The notes under the pieces are model-generated. The model saw nothing but the letters and a program-made list of their open reading frames with translations. It made no database searches and was not told where the DNA came from. The translations under genes were made by a program, and so were the position numbers. DNA of 32,542 nt from Candidatus Omnitrophota bacterium (lineage in GTDB: Bacteria > Omnitrophota > Gorgyraeia > Duberdicusellales > 4484-171), in NCBI GenBank assembly GCA_041652615.1, contig JBAZGZ010000001.1, forward strand, positions 1-32,542, read 5' to 3'. Below are positions 7,523 to 16,153 of the stretch, piece by piece (the stretch's first letter is position 1; each line of letters begins with the position of its first letter).

Positions 7523-7538
7523 AAGGAGGTTTACTGCA

Positions 7539-7982
7539 GTGAAAGTTATTCTTTTAAAAGATATCGATAAATTAGGTAATGAAGGCAGTGTGTTGGAAGT
7601 TAAAGAAGGCTATGCGCGTAATTTCTTATTGCCGCAAAAGCTTGCCATGAAAGCAACCAAAGATAGCTTTCGTGAAATTGAAGAGATGAAAAAGAGAAAA
7701 GATAAAGTAGAGGAAAAAACAAAAAAAGAAGCTTTGGAGTTTAAGGTAAAGATAGAAGCCTTGTCGGTAACCATAACCCAGGAGGCAAAAGATACCGAAG
7801 AGATATACGGCTCAGTAGGAGAACAGCAAATTCTAAAAGCCTTGAAAGATGAAAGCGTGATCCTTGAGAAAGGTAAAATAGAAATAACTGAACCTATAAA
7901 AAAATTGGGCGTTTATAATTTAAAAGTCAGGCTTCATCCTGCTGTAGAGGCTAATCTACGCGTGTGGGTAATGAAGAAATGA
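7539..7982 (+). CDS. rplI: Ribosomal protein L9
   Basis: GTG at 7539 follows AAGGAGG (7523-7529) and gives VKVILLKDIDKLG, the canonical L9 N-terminus. The listed start at 7509 lies inside the repeat module. Confidence 0.88.
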   Translation: MKVILLKDIDKLGNEGSVLEVKEGYARNFLLPQKLAMKATKDSFREIEEMKKRKDKVEEKTKKEALEFKVKIEALSVTITQEAKDTEEIYGSVGEQQILKALKDESVILEKGKIEITEPIKKLGVYNLKVRLHPAVEANLRVWVMKK

Positions 7983-9337
7983 TTGCTACAAATACTCCTC
8001 AAATAGCAGATAAACTTCCGCCGCAAAACATTGAAGCAGAAATGGCAACGCTTGGCGCCATGCTTCTCAATGAAGCGGCCATTTCGGAAGTTATGGAAAT
8101 TGTAAATGAGGACTATTTCTATAAAGAAGAACATAGAATTATTTATTCAAGCATCATCTCGTTGTTTGACTCACGGAAAAAAATTGATATCCTTACCATC
8201 TCCGAAGATTTAAATAAAAAAAAGCTCCTCGAAAAATCCGGAGGTTCATCTTACCTGGCAACCCTTGCCGATTTCGTTCCTACCTCAGCAAACGTTTTAC
8301 ACTACGCGCGTATAGTTAAAGAGAAAGGCGTTTTGCGCCTGCTTATTAACAGCGCGACCCAAATTGTTTCTTTGGCATACAGAGGTGATGAAGAAGTCAG
8401 CACTATTCTGGATAAGGCGGAGAGGCTTATATTCGAAATAAGTGATAAAAGAATAGAGGGCGGGTATATCCATATTAAGGAAATAATAAAAGATGGCATA
8501 GAATTAATTGAATCTCTTTACCATAAGAAATCGCACATAACCGGTATCCCTACCGGTTTTACGGACTTTGATATCAAAACCGCCGGGCTTCAAAAAGGAG
8601 ATCTGATTATTGTGGCCGGTAGGCCGTCGATGGGCAAAAGCGCGTTAGCCACATCAATGGCTGAATACGCGGCAGTTGAAGAAAAAGTACCGGTTGCTTT
8701 TTTTAGCCTTGAAATGTCGAAAGAGCAGTTAATGCAGCGTTTTTTATGTTCACAAGCAAAAGTCGATATGCACAAATTAAGAACCGGTTTTTTAGCGCCT
8801 TCGGAATGGCCGATTTTGACTAGCGCGGCCGGCAGGCTTTCCGAAGCTCCGATCTTTATTGATGATACGCCGGCAATAAATATTTTTGAATTAAGAGCAA
8901 AAGCAAGGCGCCTTAAAGCGCATCATGATATACAACTTATCCTGGTTGACTACCTTCAAATGGTGCGATGTATGCGCCGGGGAGATAGCCGCCAGCAGGA
9001 GATATCTGAGATTTCCCAGGCGCTCAAAGCTTTAGCTAAAGAGCTTAGTCTCCCGGTTCTTGCGGTGAGCCAGCTATCACGTGCGGTTGAATCAAGGACT
9101 GACCATCGGCCTCAGCTTTCAGATTTAAGGGAATCGGGAGCCATAGAGCAGGATGCTGATGTGGTTGTCCTTTTGCTTAGAGAAGAATATTACAATCCAA
9201 CTCCTGAGAATAGGGGCACAGCAGAAGCGATTATCGCAAAGCAGCGCAATGGCCCTGTAGGCAGCGTAAATTTGGGGTTTATCCGTGAATATATGAAGTT
9301 TGTTAATCTCTCTAAGACTCAAGGCGAGGAGTTCTAA
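7979..9337 (+). CDS. dnaB: Replicative DNA helicase
   Basis: ATGA overlap with the rplI stop codon. N-terminal PPQNIEAEMATLGAML, Walker A GRPSMGKSA, and a RecA-like C-terminal domain. Confidence 0.92.
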   Translation: MIATNTPQIADKLPPQNIEAEMATLGAMLLNEAAISEVMEIVNEDYFYKEEHRIIYSSIISLFDSRKKIDILTISEDLNKKKLLEKSGGSSYLATLADFVPTSANVLHYARIVKEKGVLRLLINSATQIVSLAYRGDEEVSTILDKAERLIFEISDKRIEGGYIHIKEIIKDGIELIESLYHKKSHITGIPTGFTDFDIKTAGLQKGDLIIVAGRPSMGKSALATSMAEYAAVEEKVPVAFFSLEMSKEQLMQRFLCSQAKVDMHKLRTGFLAPSEWPILTSAAGRLSEAPIFIDDTPAINIFELRAKARRLKAHHDIQLILVDYLQMVRCMRRGDSRQQEISEISQALKALAKELSLPVLAVSQLSRAVESRTDHRPQLSDLRESGAIEQDADVVVLLLREEYYNPTPENRGTAEAIIAKQRNGPVGSVNLGFIREYMKFVNLSKTQGEEF

Positions 9338-9344
9338 AAATACA

Positions 9345-9383
9345 ACGCGAATGTTTACGAATTGCACACAAATATTCACAAAT
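9345..9383 (+). repeat. Phased heptamer array after the dnaB stop
   Basis: ACGCGAAT, TACGAAT, CACAAAT and CACAAAT end at 9352, 9362, 9373 and 9383, giving 10/11/10-nt phasing. No mirrored arm is present. Confidence 0.6.
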
Positions 9384-9429
9384 AAAAAGTTTGCGTAGTG
9401 GAAAGCGGGAAAATCTAAAAAAATCTTTT

Positions 9430-9612
9430 TACCCCGCCTCATAGAAGATGCTGGCTCATTGCCCCGCCTCGCAGGGGATGTCAAAAAAATCTGTTTCCCT
9501 GTAATAGGAAATTCCAGGGACTATGCCATATTTTTTTTGACGCTTGGCGGGGTTAATTCGCACTAGTATTTTTTCTTCGCCACTATTGGCTTGAAAAAAT
9601 ACTGTGCTCATT
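9430..9612 (+). repeat. Structured repeat, locus D: collapsed partial copy plus long clamped hairpin plus module (+)
   Basis: TACCCCGCCTCATAGAAGATGCTGGCTCATT (9430-9460) resembles an internally deleted unit. Clamp is CCCCGCC 9462-9468 with GGCGGGG 9546-9552. Nested stems are GTCAAAAAAAT/ATTTTTTTTGAC and TCCCTG/CAGGGA. Module 9553-9612. Confidence 0.8.
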
Positions 9613-9627
9613 AAATCTCTTATTGAG

Positions 9628-9656
9628 TTGACTTTAAATAAAAAAACCCTTATAAT
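9628..9656 (+). promoter_or_regulatory. Consensus sigma70-type promoter positioned for a leaderless bamA mRNA
   Basis: TTGACT (9628-9633), 17-nt spacer, TATAAT (9651-9656). The bamA ATG begins at 9663, 7 nt after the -10 hexamer, and there is no Shine-Dalgarno. Confidence 0.6.
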
Positions 9657-9662
9657 ATTTTA

Positions 9663-11936
9663 ATGCGAACACTAATTTCCGCTCTAACCATTTTCTTTGT
9701 ATCATTTTCCGCTCTAGCCTCAAGCGAAGATACTGTCGCGCGTATTGAAATCAAGGGCCATAAGTTTGTAAGCGACGCGACCATTGTTTCAAAAATAAAA
9801 CTTCGTTCCGGACAGACCTACAACGAGAACGTCATTAATGAAGACATAAAAAACCTTTACGCTACTGGTTTTTTTGAGACCGTTGAGGCAGCAAAAGAAA
9901 CCACGCCTGAGGGGGTAGTTGTTACTTTTAAAGTTAAAGAAAAACCCGTTCTTAAGAAGCTCGACATAGAAGGCGCTCATTTTATCCGCAAGAAAAAAAT
10001 TAGTGAAGCAATCGATATTAAAGAAGGAGCTTTTGTTGATGAGTACAAGCTGAAAGAAGTTGCCCGTAAAATAAAAGATCTTTATGCAACAAAAGGATTT
10101 AACCAGGCTAAAGTAACATACCAATTTGATATCAGCAAAGATAAGGATGAAGCTCGGGTTAAATATATTATTGAAGAAAAGGGCGTCCTTAAGGTGAGGC
10201 AGGTAAAAATTACGGGGAATAAAAGTATTTCTTCCGGCCGCATAATAAAGCTGTTAAAAACGAAAAAAGCCTGGCTTTTTAATCCAGGGCTTTTTAAGGA
10301 AGATGCTTTCAATGATGATGTTAAGAGGGTAACTGATTTTTACAGGCAAGAAGGTTTTAGTGATGTAAAAGTTGAGCCGGATTTAGTTTTTGGCGAAAAA
10401 GGGATTAATGTCAAAATAAATATTCAGGAAGGAAAGCGTTACTATATCGGTACGGTTAAAATTGAAGGCAACAAGGATGTTTCGCTTGCTGATATAACAA
10501 AGGTAATGATGCTTAAAACTAAAAGCGTGTATAGCGATCAGGCTGTTTACGAAGAGTCTTCACGAATAAGATCTGTTTACGTTGACAAGGGGTATATATT
10601 TGTACAGATTGAACCTCTGACTGTGCTTAATCCGGAAACCCAAAGTATCGACGTTACTTACAAGATAGTTGAAAATCAAGTTGCGTATATTGAACGCATA
10701 GATATTAAGGGAAATGTTAAAACAAAAGATAAAGTTATAAGAAGAGAGTTGCGTGTTTATCCGCAGGAAAAATTTGACGGAGCAAAGGTAAGAAAAAGTA
10801 AAGAGAAGCTTGAGAACCTGGGATATTTTGAAGAAGTAAGATTCGATACAGAGCCTGGCACAAAACCTGACCAGGTTGATCTTACTGTCGATGTTAAGGA
10901 AGCTAAGACCGGACATTTAAGCTTTGGCGGAGGATATAGTTCTATAGATCAATTTGTGGGATTTGTAGAGATAAGCCAGAAAAATTTCGATTATAGAAAT
11001 TTTTCAACTTTTTCGGGTGCCGGACAGGATTTAAGCCTATACGCAAGTCTTGGGACATTAACGAGTTATTACGAATTAAGTTTTACGAATCCATGGATAT
11101 TTGATAAACCATATTCTTTTGGCTTTGACGGCTACAAGAAAGGCCATAAGCAGGATGAAGATGTGGGTTACGGTTATAGCGAAGATATTGTTGGTGGGGA
11201 CTTGCGCTTGGGGCATGAGTTTAACGATGTTCTTAAGGGGCAGATCGCGTATCGTCTTGATAACGTAAAGATTACGGATGTTGTTGATAATGCTACGGCC
11301 GATCTTAAAGATGAAGTAGGTACTAATACCTTAAGCAGCGGAGAGGCTGCTCTTTTTTATGATACGCGTGATAATGTATTCTCGCCATTAAAAGGTGTGT
11401 ACTTTACTAATAATTTTCAACTTACCGGCGGCCCATTTGGCGGGACTAAAAATTTTGTAAAATATTCTACGCGATTCAGCTATTATTACCCGCTTATTAA
11501 TAAATCAGTTATAGAGCTTCGCTTAAGAGGTGGCTGGGCGGATCCGTTTTCTGATACCAATAAAGTGCCTATTTATGAAAGGTTCTTTGCCGGTGGCGCC
11601 AATTCCATAAGGGGTTACGAAGAAAGAAAAGTCGGCCCCGAAGATCCAGCTACTAATGATCCTCTTGGCGGTGAATCTATGTTTATTGCTAATATTGAAT
11701 ATACGTATCCATTGATGGATTTTTTAAAAGTAGCGACGTTTTTTGATAGTGGCGAGGTTTGGGAAAAGAATGGTGATTTTTTCAGTACTGACTTAAAAAA
11801 GAGTATCGGTCTGGGCATCAGGGTAAAAACACCGATAGGCCCTGTAAGTGTTGACTATGGCTGGCCGCTTGATTTGCTGCCCGGACAAGACAGCAAAGAA
11901 GGTCGTTTTCATTTTAACGTAAGCCGCGGATTTTAA
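9663..11936 (+). CDS. bamA: Outer membrane protein assembly factor BamA (Omp85 family)
   Basis: Signal peptide, repeated POTRA-like segments (IEIKGHKFVS, LDIEGAHFIRKKKI, VKITGNKSIS, VKIEGNKDVS, IDIKGNVKTKDKVIRREL) and a C-terminal beta-barrel ending in RGF. Confidence 0.92.
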   Translation: MRTLISALTIFFVSFSALASSEDTVARIEIKGHKFVSDATIVSKIKLRSGQTYNENVINEDIKNLYATGFFETVEAAKETTPEGVVVTFKVKEKPVLKKLDIEGAHFIRKKKISEAIDIKEGAFVDEYKLKEVARKIKDLYATKGFNQAKVTYQFDISKDKDEARVKYIIEEKGVLKVRQVKITGNKSISSGRIIKLLKTKKAWLFNPGLFKEDAFNDDVKRVTDFYRQEGFSDVKVEPDLVFGEKGINVKINIQEGKRYYIGTVKIEGNKDVSLADITKVMMLKTKSVYSDQAVYEESSRIRSVYVDKGYIFVQIEPLTVLNPETQSIDVTYKIVENQVAYIERIDIKGNVKTKDKVIRRELRVYPQEKFDGAKVRKSKEKLENLGYFEEVRFDTEPGTKPDQVDLTVDVKEAKTGHLSFGGGYSSIDQFVGFVEISQKNFDYRNFSTFSGAGQDLSLYASLGTLTSYYELSFTNPWIFDKPYSFGFDGYKKGHKQDEDVGYGYSEDIVGGDLRLGHEFNDVLKGQIAYRLDNVKITDVVDNATADLKDEVGTNTLSSGEAALFYDTRDNVFSPLKGVYFTNNFQLTGGPFGGTKNFVKYSTRFSYYYPLINKSVIELRLRGGWADPFSDTNKVPIYERFFAGGANSIRGYEERKVGPEDPATNDPLGGESMFIANIEYTYPLMDFLKVATFFDSGEVWEKNGDFFSTDLKKSIGLGIRVKTPIGPVSVDYGWPLDLLPGQDSKEGRFHFNVSRGF

Positions 11937-12019
11937 TGAGCGTATTATTTTTTCAAGCCTCAAGTGGCGTAGGAAAAATAATAGCGCGAATTATCCCCGA
12001 GAGTAGCGATGGGGGGGGG
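11935..12019 (-). repeat. Structured repeat, locus E: module (- orientation) plus short CCCC...G9 hairpin
   Basis: Module 11935-11994 overlaps the bamA stop codon (TAATGAGCG). Its stem sequence differs from other copies but pairing is kept (TATTATTTTT / AAAAATAATA). CCCC is at 11995-11998 and a G9 run at 12011-12019. Confidence 0.8.
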
Positions 12020-12133
12020 TAATGAATATCCAGCCAACCCTAAAGACAATCGTAAATCTGCTCATATGCATGGGTATCTTGAGCGTAAAAAGTTAAATAC
12101 GAACTACTAACGTTTATTAAAAAGGAGGAAACA

Positions 12134-12640
12134 ATGAAAAAGACAATAGTTTCGCTGGTTGCATTTTTGGTTATTTGTTCTTTTTGCTCGGTTTCTTACG
12201 CAAAAGAACTAAAGATCGGGTATCTTAATTTTTTAGAGGTTTTTAATGAATATAAAAAGACGAAAGATTATGATGAAGCTTTAAACAAAAAGACTGAAGA
12301 GAAAGAGAAGCAGCTTAAGGATAAAGGCGCAGAGCTTGAAAAAATGCAGAGCAAATTAAGTGTTTTAAAAGATAAAGAAAAAGACAAAGAACAGAAGAAA
12401 ATGGATCAAGCCGAAAAAGAGTTTCAGCAATTACGCCGGCAATCGTTGCTTGATCTTAAGAAAGAAAGAGACGAAAAGATGAAAGAAATAGTTGAAGATA
12501 TCGAAAAAACGATAAAGGATTACGCTGAAAAAAATAACTTTGATCTTATTCTTCACGGAAGCGCTGTGCTTTATGGTGCTAAGAGTATCGATATCACCGC
12601 TGACGTTCTTAAGATTGTAAACGTACATGGGAAGAAATAA
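12134..12640 (+). CDS. skp: Periplasmic chaperone Skp/OmpH
   Basis: AAAGGAGG Shine-Dalgarno, signal peptide and a K/E-rich coiled-coil body. It occupies the conserved bamA-skp-lpxD position. Confidence 0.85.
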   Translation: MKKTIVSLVAFLVICSFCSVSYAKELKIGYLNFLEVFNEYKKTKDYDEALNKKTEEKEKQLKDKGAELEKMQSKLSVLKDKEKDKEQKKMDQAEKEFQQLRRQSLLDLKKERDEKMKEIVEDIEKTIKDYAEKNNFDLILHGSAVLYGAKSIDITADVLKIVNVHGKK

Positions 12641-12894
12641 TTCCCAGGTTTATTCCTTGAAGCTATTGGTTTCGAGGGTTAGAATTTAAAGTTGTCTTAA
12701 ACGGGCGCTTTAATAATTATATTTGATGAATTATTATAGCGTTGAGAGTGTATAAATACTGCATAATAAATAGCTTGTTATTTGGTTTCGGGCTATTTAG
12801 CCTAATGTTTTACCGAAAGCATGGTCTGTGAATCCTAGCCTAAAATCGGTGGTTTTCGGGTTAATCTTTAGTCGATATTATTTAAGGTGTAGAT

Positions 12895-13941
12895 ATGTTG
12901 AAGCTGAAACTTTCGGAAATTGCAAAGCTTGTAGGGGGAGAGTTAAGCGGAGATCCTGAAATCGTCATAACCGGCATTTCAGGAATAAAAGAAGCAAAAG
13001 AAGGCGAAATAACTTTTTTAGCTAATCCGAAATACGATTCTTTGCTGCAGGCTACTCATGCTTCGGCAGTTATTACCTCAAAAGAAACAGAAAACTCGAT
13101 TAGACCCACCATTAAGACCGATAATCCTTCAGTCGCCTTTGCAAAAATCGTAAACGTATTTGCGCCAAACGCTATTTGTCATCCAAAAGGAATCCATCCA
13201 AGCGCAGTAATATCTTCAAAAGTAAAACTGGGGAAAGGTGTTGCTGTGGGTGCGCATGTTATTATCGAAGACAACAGCGAAATTGGTGATGGCACGATAA
13301 TTTATGGTAATTGCTACATAGGCAACGATACGAAGATAGGGGAAAAAGCAATTATTTACCCAAATGTTTCGATAAGAGAAAGAATCAGCATTGGCAACAA
13401 TGTAATTATCCATTGTGGAGCTGTTATAGGCAGTGACGGTTTTGGCTTTGCTAAAGTTAAAGGCGTACAGGAGAAAATTCCTCAAATCGGAACAGTGATA
13501 ATCGAGGATGATGTTGAAATCGGCGCAAATGTTACTATTGACAGGGCGCGGTTTGATAAAACATTCATCGGTAAAGGTACTAAAATTGATAATCTTGTGC
13601 AGATTGCGCATAATGTTATGATAGGTGAAAATTGTCTTATAATTGCGCAGGCTGGCATTTCAGGGAGTACGGTTTTGGGAAGAGAGGTTATTATTGCTGG
13701 CCAGGCCGGGCTTGTGGGGCATATAACTGTTGGCGATAATGCCATTGCCGCGGCACAAGCGGGTGTTACTAAGTCAATACCACCAAAGACTATGGTTTCA
13801 GGATATCCTGCCAGGCCGCACGATGTCGCTAAGCGTGTAAATGCCTGTGTCCAGGGGTTACCTAAATTGTACAGCAAGATAAAGGAATTAGAGCAAAAAA
13901 TTGAAGAGCTTGAAGCAAAATTTGAGAATAAAAATGGATAA
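12895..13941 (+). CDS. lpxD: UDP-3-O-acylglucosamine N-acyltransferase
   Basis: The N-terminal [12 protein letters not shown]...ITFLANPKY motif is LpxD-typical. A long hexapeptide-repeat beta-helix follows. Confidence 0.9.
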   Translation: MLKLKLSEIAKLVGGELSGDPEIVITGISGIKEAKEGEITFLANPKYDSLLQATHASAVITSKETENSIRPTIKTDNPSVAFAKIVNVFAPNAICHPKGIHPSAVISSKVKLGKGVAVGAHVIIEDNSEIGDGTIIYGNCYIGNDTKIGEKAIIYPNVSIRERISIGNNVIIHCGAVIGSDGFGFAKVKGVQEKIPQIGTVIIEDDVEIGANVTIDRARFDKTFIGKGTKIDNLVQIAHNVMIGENCLIIAQAGISGSTVLGREVIIAGQAGLVGHITVGDNAIAAAQAGVTKSIPPKTMVSGYPARPHDVAKRVNACVQGLPKLYSKIKELEQKIEELEAKFENKNG

Positions 13942-15241
13942 ACAAAAAACAATAAAAGCAAAAGTGTTATTTGAGGGCGTTGGGTTACATAGCGGCCAGA
14001 GAACAAAGATTGAAATCCTCCCGGCCCAGGCAAATACCGGGATAATTTTTATACGCCAGGATGCCGGAGGTCAGTTGATAAAAGGTGATTTTTGTTCTTT
14101 GGTTGCTCCGGAAAAATTTCCCCGCCGCACCTCGATAGGCGTAAAGGATATTTATATTCACACCGTAGAACATCTAATGGCGGCTTTCCATTTGCTAAAA
14201 ATTGATAATGCTCAGATTAATGTTTGGGGAGAGGAAATCCCTGGCATGGATGGAAGCGCAAAAGAGTTTGTTGATAAAATTAAAAATGCTGGAATTGCAG
14301 AGCTTGACGCGATTGTAAATTGTATTGTTATAAAGGAGCCGCTTTGGGTTGAAGAGGGGTCTTCGACTATAGTTGCGTTACCATATCCGTCTTTAAGAAT
14401 TTCTTACGCGCTAAAATATGATAACCCTCTTATCGGCTCAGGTTATGTTGATTTAATCATAGACGGTAATGCGACAGAAAATGTTTTTCAGGCGCGCACG
14501 TTTTGTCTTGATGATGAAGTAAAACATCTTCAAGATAGCGGGTTGGGTAAAGGTGCGAATTACGACAATACTCTGGTGGTTTCTAAGGACGGTGTATTGA
14601 AAAATAAATTACGGTTTCCTGATGAATTTACCCGGCACAAAATTTTAGACTTAATCGGTGATTTGTATCTGGCCGGTCCGATTAGAGGCTATATTATTGC
14701 GATTAAAAGCGGGCATTCTCTTAATATGAAACTTCTTGAGAAGCTGCGCAGGTACAAAGAAAAAAATATCGGTGCGGGAGTTGGATCTCAGACTTCATTT
14801 GTTCCCAGAGGTAATCATTTAAGTAGTGAAGATATAATGAAACTCCTTCCTCATCGTTATCCGTTTTTGCTTGTTGACAGAATTGTTGAGATGGAAAAAT
14901 TTAAACGTGCGGTAGGTATAAAGAATGTTACGATGAATGAGCATTTTTTTCAGGGACATTTCCCACAACGACCGGTTATGCCCGGAGTTTTGATAATTGA
15001 GGCGATGGCGCAAGTCGGTGGGGTTCTTATGCTTGCAAGTGAAGAAAACAAAGGAAAACTTGCATATTTTATGGCGGCTAATCACGCAAAATTTCGCAAA
15101 CCAGTTGTTCCCGGGGATCAACTGGTTATGGAAGTGGTTGCCGGGAAAATACGTACTAAAACAGGTACAGTCTATGCAAAAGCTTTTGTTGATGATAAGC
15201 TTGTGGCTGAGGCTGAACTTATGTTTGCGCTTGTGGACTAG
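13934..15241 (+). CDS. lpxC-fabZ: Fused UDP-3-O-acyl-GlcNAc deacetylase / 3-hydroxyacyl-ACP dehydratase
   Basis: ATG at 13934 overlaps the lpxD stop by 8 nt. The LpxC part has GVGLHSG and HTVEHL motifs. The FabZ hot-dog part has [13 protein letters not shown] and FFQGHFP...PVMPGVL. Confidence 0.9.
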   Translation: MDKQKTIKAKVLFEGVGLHSGQRTKIEILPAQANTGIIFIRQDAGGQLIKGDFCSLVAPEKFPRRTSIGVKDIYIHTVEHLMAAFHLLKIDNAQINVWGEEIPGMDGSAKEFVDKIKNAGIAELDAIVNCIVIKEPLWVEEGSSTIVALPYPSLRISYALKYDNPLIGSGYVDLIIDGNATENVFQARTFCLDDEVKHLQDSGLGKGANYDNTLVVSKDGVLKNKLRFPDEFTRHKILDLIGDLYLAGPIRGYIIAIKSGHSLNMKLLEKLRRYKEKNIGAGVGSQTSFVPRGNHLSSEDIMKLLPHRYPFLLVDRIVEMEKFKRAVGIKNVTMNEHFFQGHFPQRPVMPGVLIIEAMAQVGGVLMLASEENKGKLAYFMAANHAKFRKPVVPGDQLVMEVVAGKIRTKTGTVYAKAFVDDKLVAEAELMFALVD

Positions 15242-15246
15242 TAATC

Positions 15247-16023
15247 ATGAAAAATAAAATTGATTCAAGAGCGATTGTAAGCAAAAAAGCAGAGATCGAT
15301 AAAAATGTAACCATTGGCCCCTATGCCGTAATAGGGCCTTCTGTTAAATTGGGCTCTGGGAGCGTGATTGACGCGTTTGCGCAGGTAATCGGTAATACTA
15401 CGATAGGTAAAAATTGCCATATTTTTTCTTACGCGGTGCTAGGGAATGCTCCACAGGATTTAAAATATAAAGGAGAGCAAAGTTTTCTTGTCGTTGGCAA
15501 TAATAATATTATCCGTGAATTTGTAACTATGAATGTTGGAACAGAAGAAGGCTCTAGAACTATAGTTGGGAATAATAATCTTATTATGGCTTACTCACAT
15601 ATAGCCCATGATTGTGCTGTGGGCAGCGATAATGTTTTGGCAAATTGCGCGACATTAGCCGGTCACGTTACCATAGAAGACAGGGTAACCGTGGGTGGAA
15701 TAGTCGCGATACATCAGTTTTGTCGTTTGGGAACTCTTTCTATGATCGGGGGCTGTTCAAAAGTTGTTCAGGATGTACCTCCTTATTCTGTAAGCGATGG
15801 GCATCCGACTGTTGTCAGGGGTTTGAACCTTATAGGATTAAGACGGGCAAAGTTTCCTCAAACTACAATAAGCTTGCTAAAGAAAGTGTTCAAAATTATT
15901 TTTTTTGATAACCATCCTTTGGCAAAAGCAAAAGAGCTGATAGTTAAAGATTTTCCCGGAATACAAGAAGTCGATTATCTGCTTAAGTTTATTTCATCGT
16001 CAGAGCGCGGCATCTGTAGATAA
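15247..16023 (+). CDS. lpxA: Acyl-ACP:UDP-GlcNAc O-acyltransferase
   Basis: Hexapeptide-repeat beta-helix plus the C-terminal helical domain typical of LpxA (GLNLIGLRRAKF). Position in the lpx cluster supports the call. Confidence 0.9.
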   Translation: MKNKIDSRAIVSKKAEIDKNVTIGPYAVIGPSVKLGSGSVIDAFAQVIGNTTIGKNCHIFSYAVLGNAPQDLKYKGEQSFLVVGNNNIIREFVTMNVGTEEGSRTIVGNNNLIMAYSHIAHDCAVGSDNVLANCATLAGHVTIEDRVTVGGIVAIHQFCRLGTLSMIGGCSKVVQDVPPYSVSDGHPTVVRGLNLIGLRRAKFPQTTISLLKKVFKIIFFDNHPLAKAKELIVKDFPGIQEVDYLLKFISSSERGICR

Positions 16024-16028
16024 CGTTT

Positions 16029-16124
16029 GTATAGAAGCGGATATCCGCGGATCAAAACGCGGATAAATGCAAGCGAGTTGCTGTGCGTAAATCCGCGTAA
16101 GTATCCGCGGTAATCCGCTTCTAC
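16029..16124. repeat. Mirrored GCGGAT motif array after the lpxA stop
   Basis: GCGGAT occurs at 16037, 16047 and 16059. ATCCGC occurs at 16091, 16103 and 16113. Spacing is symmetric (10/12 and 12/10). The motifs are complementary but the spacers between them are not. Confidence 0.8.
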
Positions 16125-16153
16125 AAAATAGAGATTTACAAATATTAGCGTAT

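Noticed and set aside
9125-9484. 119-aa minus-strand ORF spanning the dnaB 3' end and the repeat-rich spacer
   Set aside because: It runs through the phased heptamers and the element clamps and overlaps dnaB antisense. It shows no coding signal.
13482-14033. 183-aa minus-strand ORF, and other antisense or alternate-frame ORFs inside genes (405-797, 899-1135, 1214-1582, 3539-3823, 10560-10916, 13216-13611, 14819-15121, 14997-15257, 15645-15908, 18159-18518, 27945-28316, 28986-29216, 29120-29350)
   Set aside because: All lie wholly within well-supported CDSs on the other strand or frame. They have low-complexity or repeat-shadow composition and no ribosome-binding sites or motifs.
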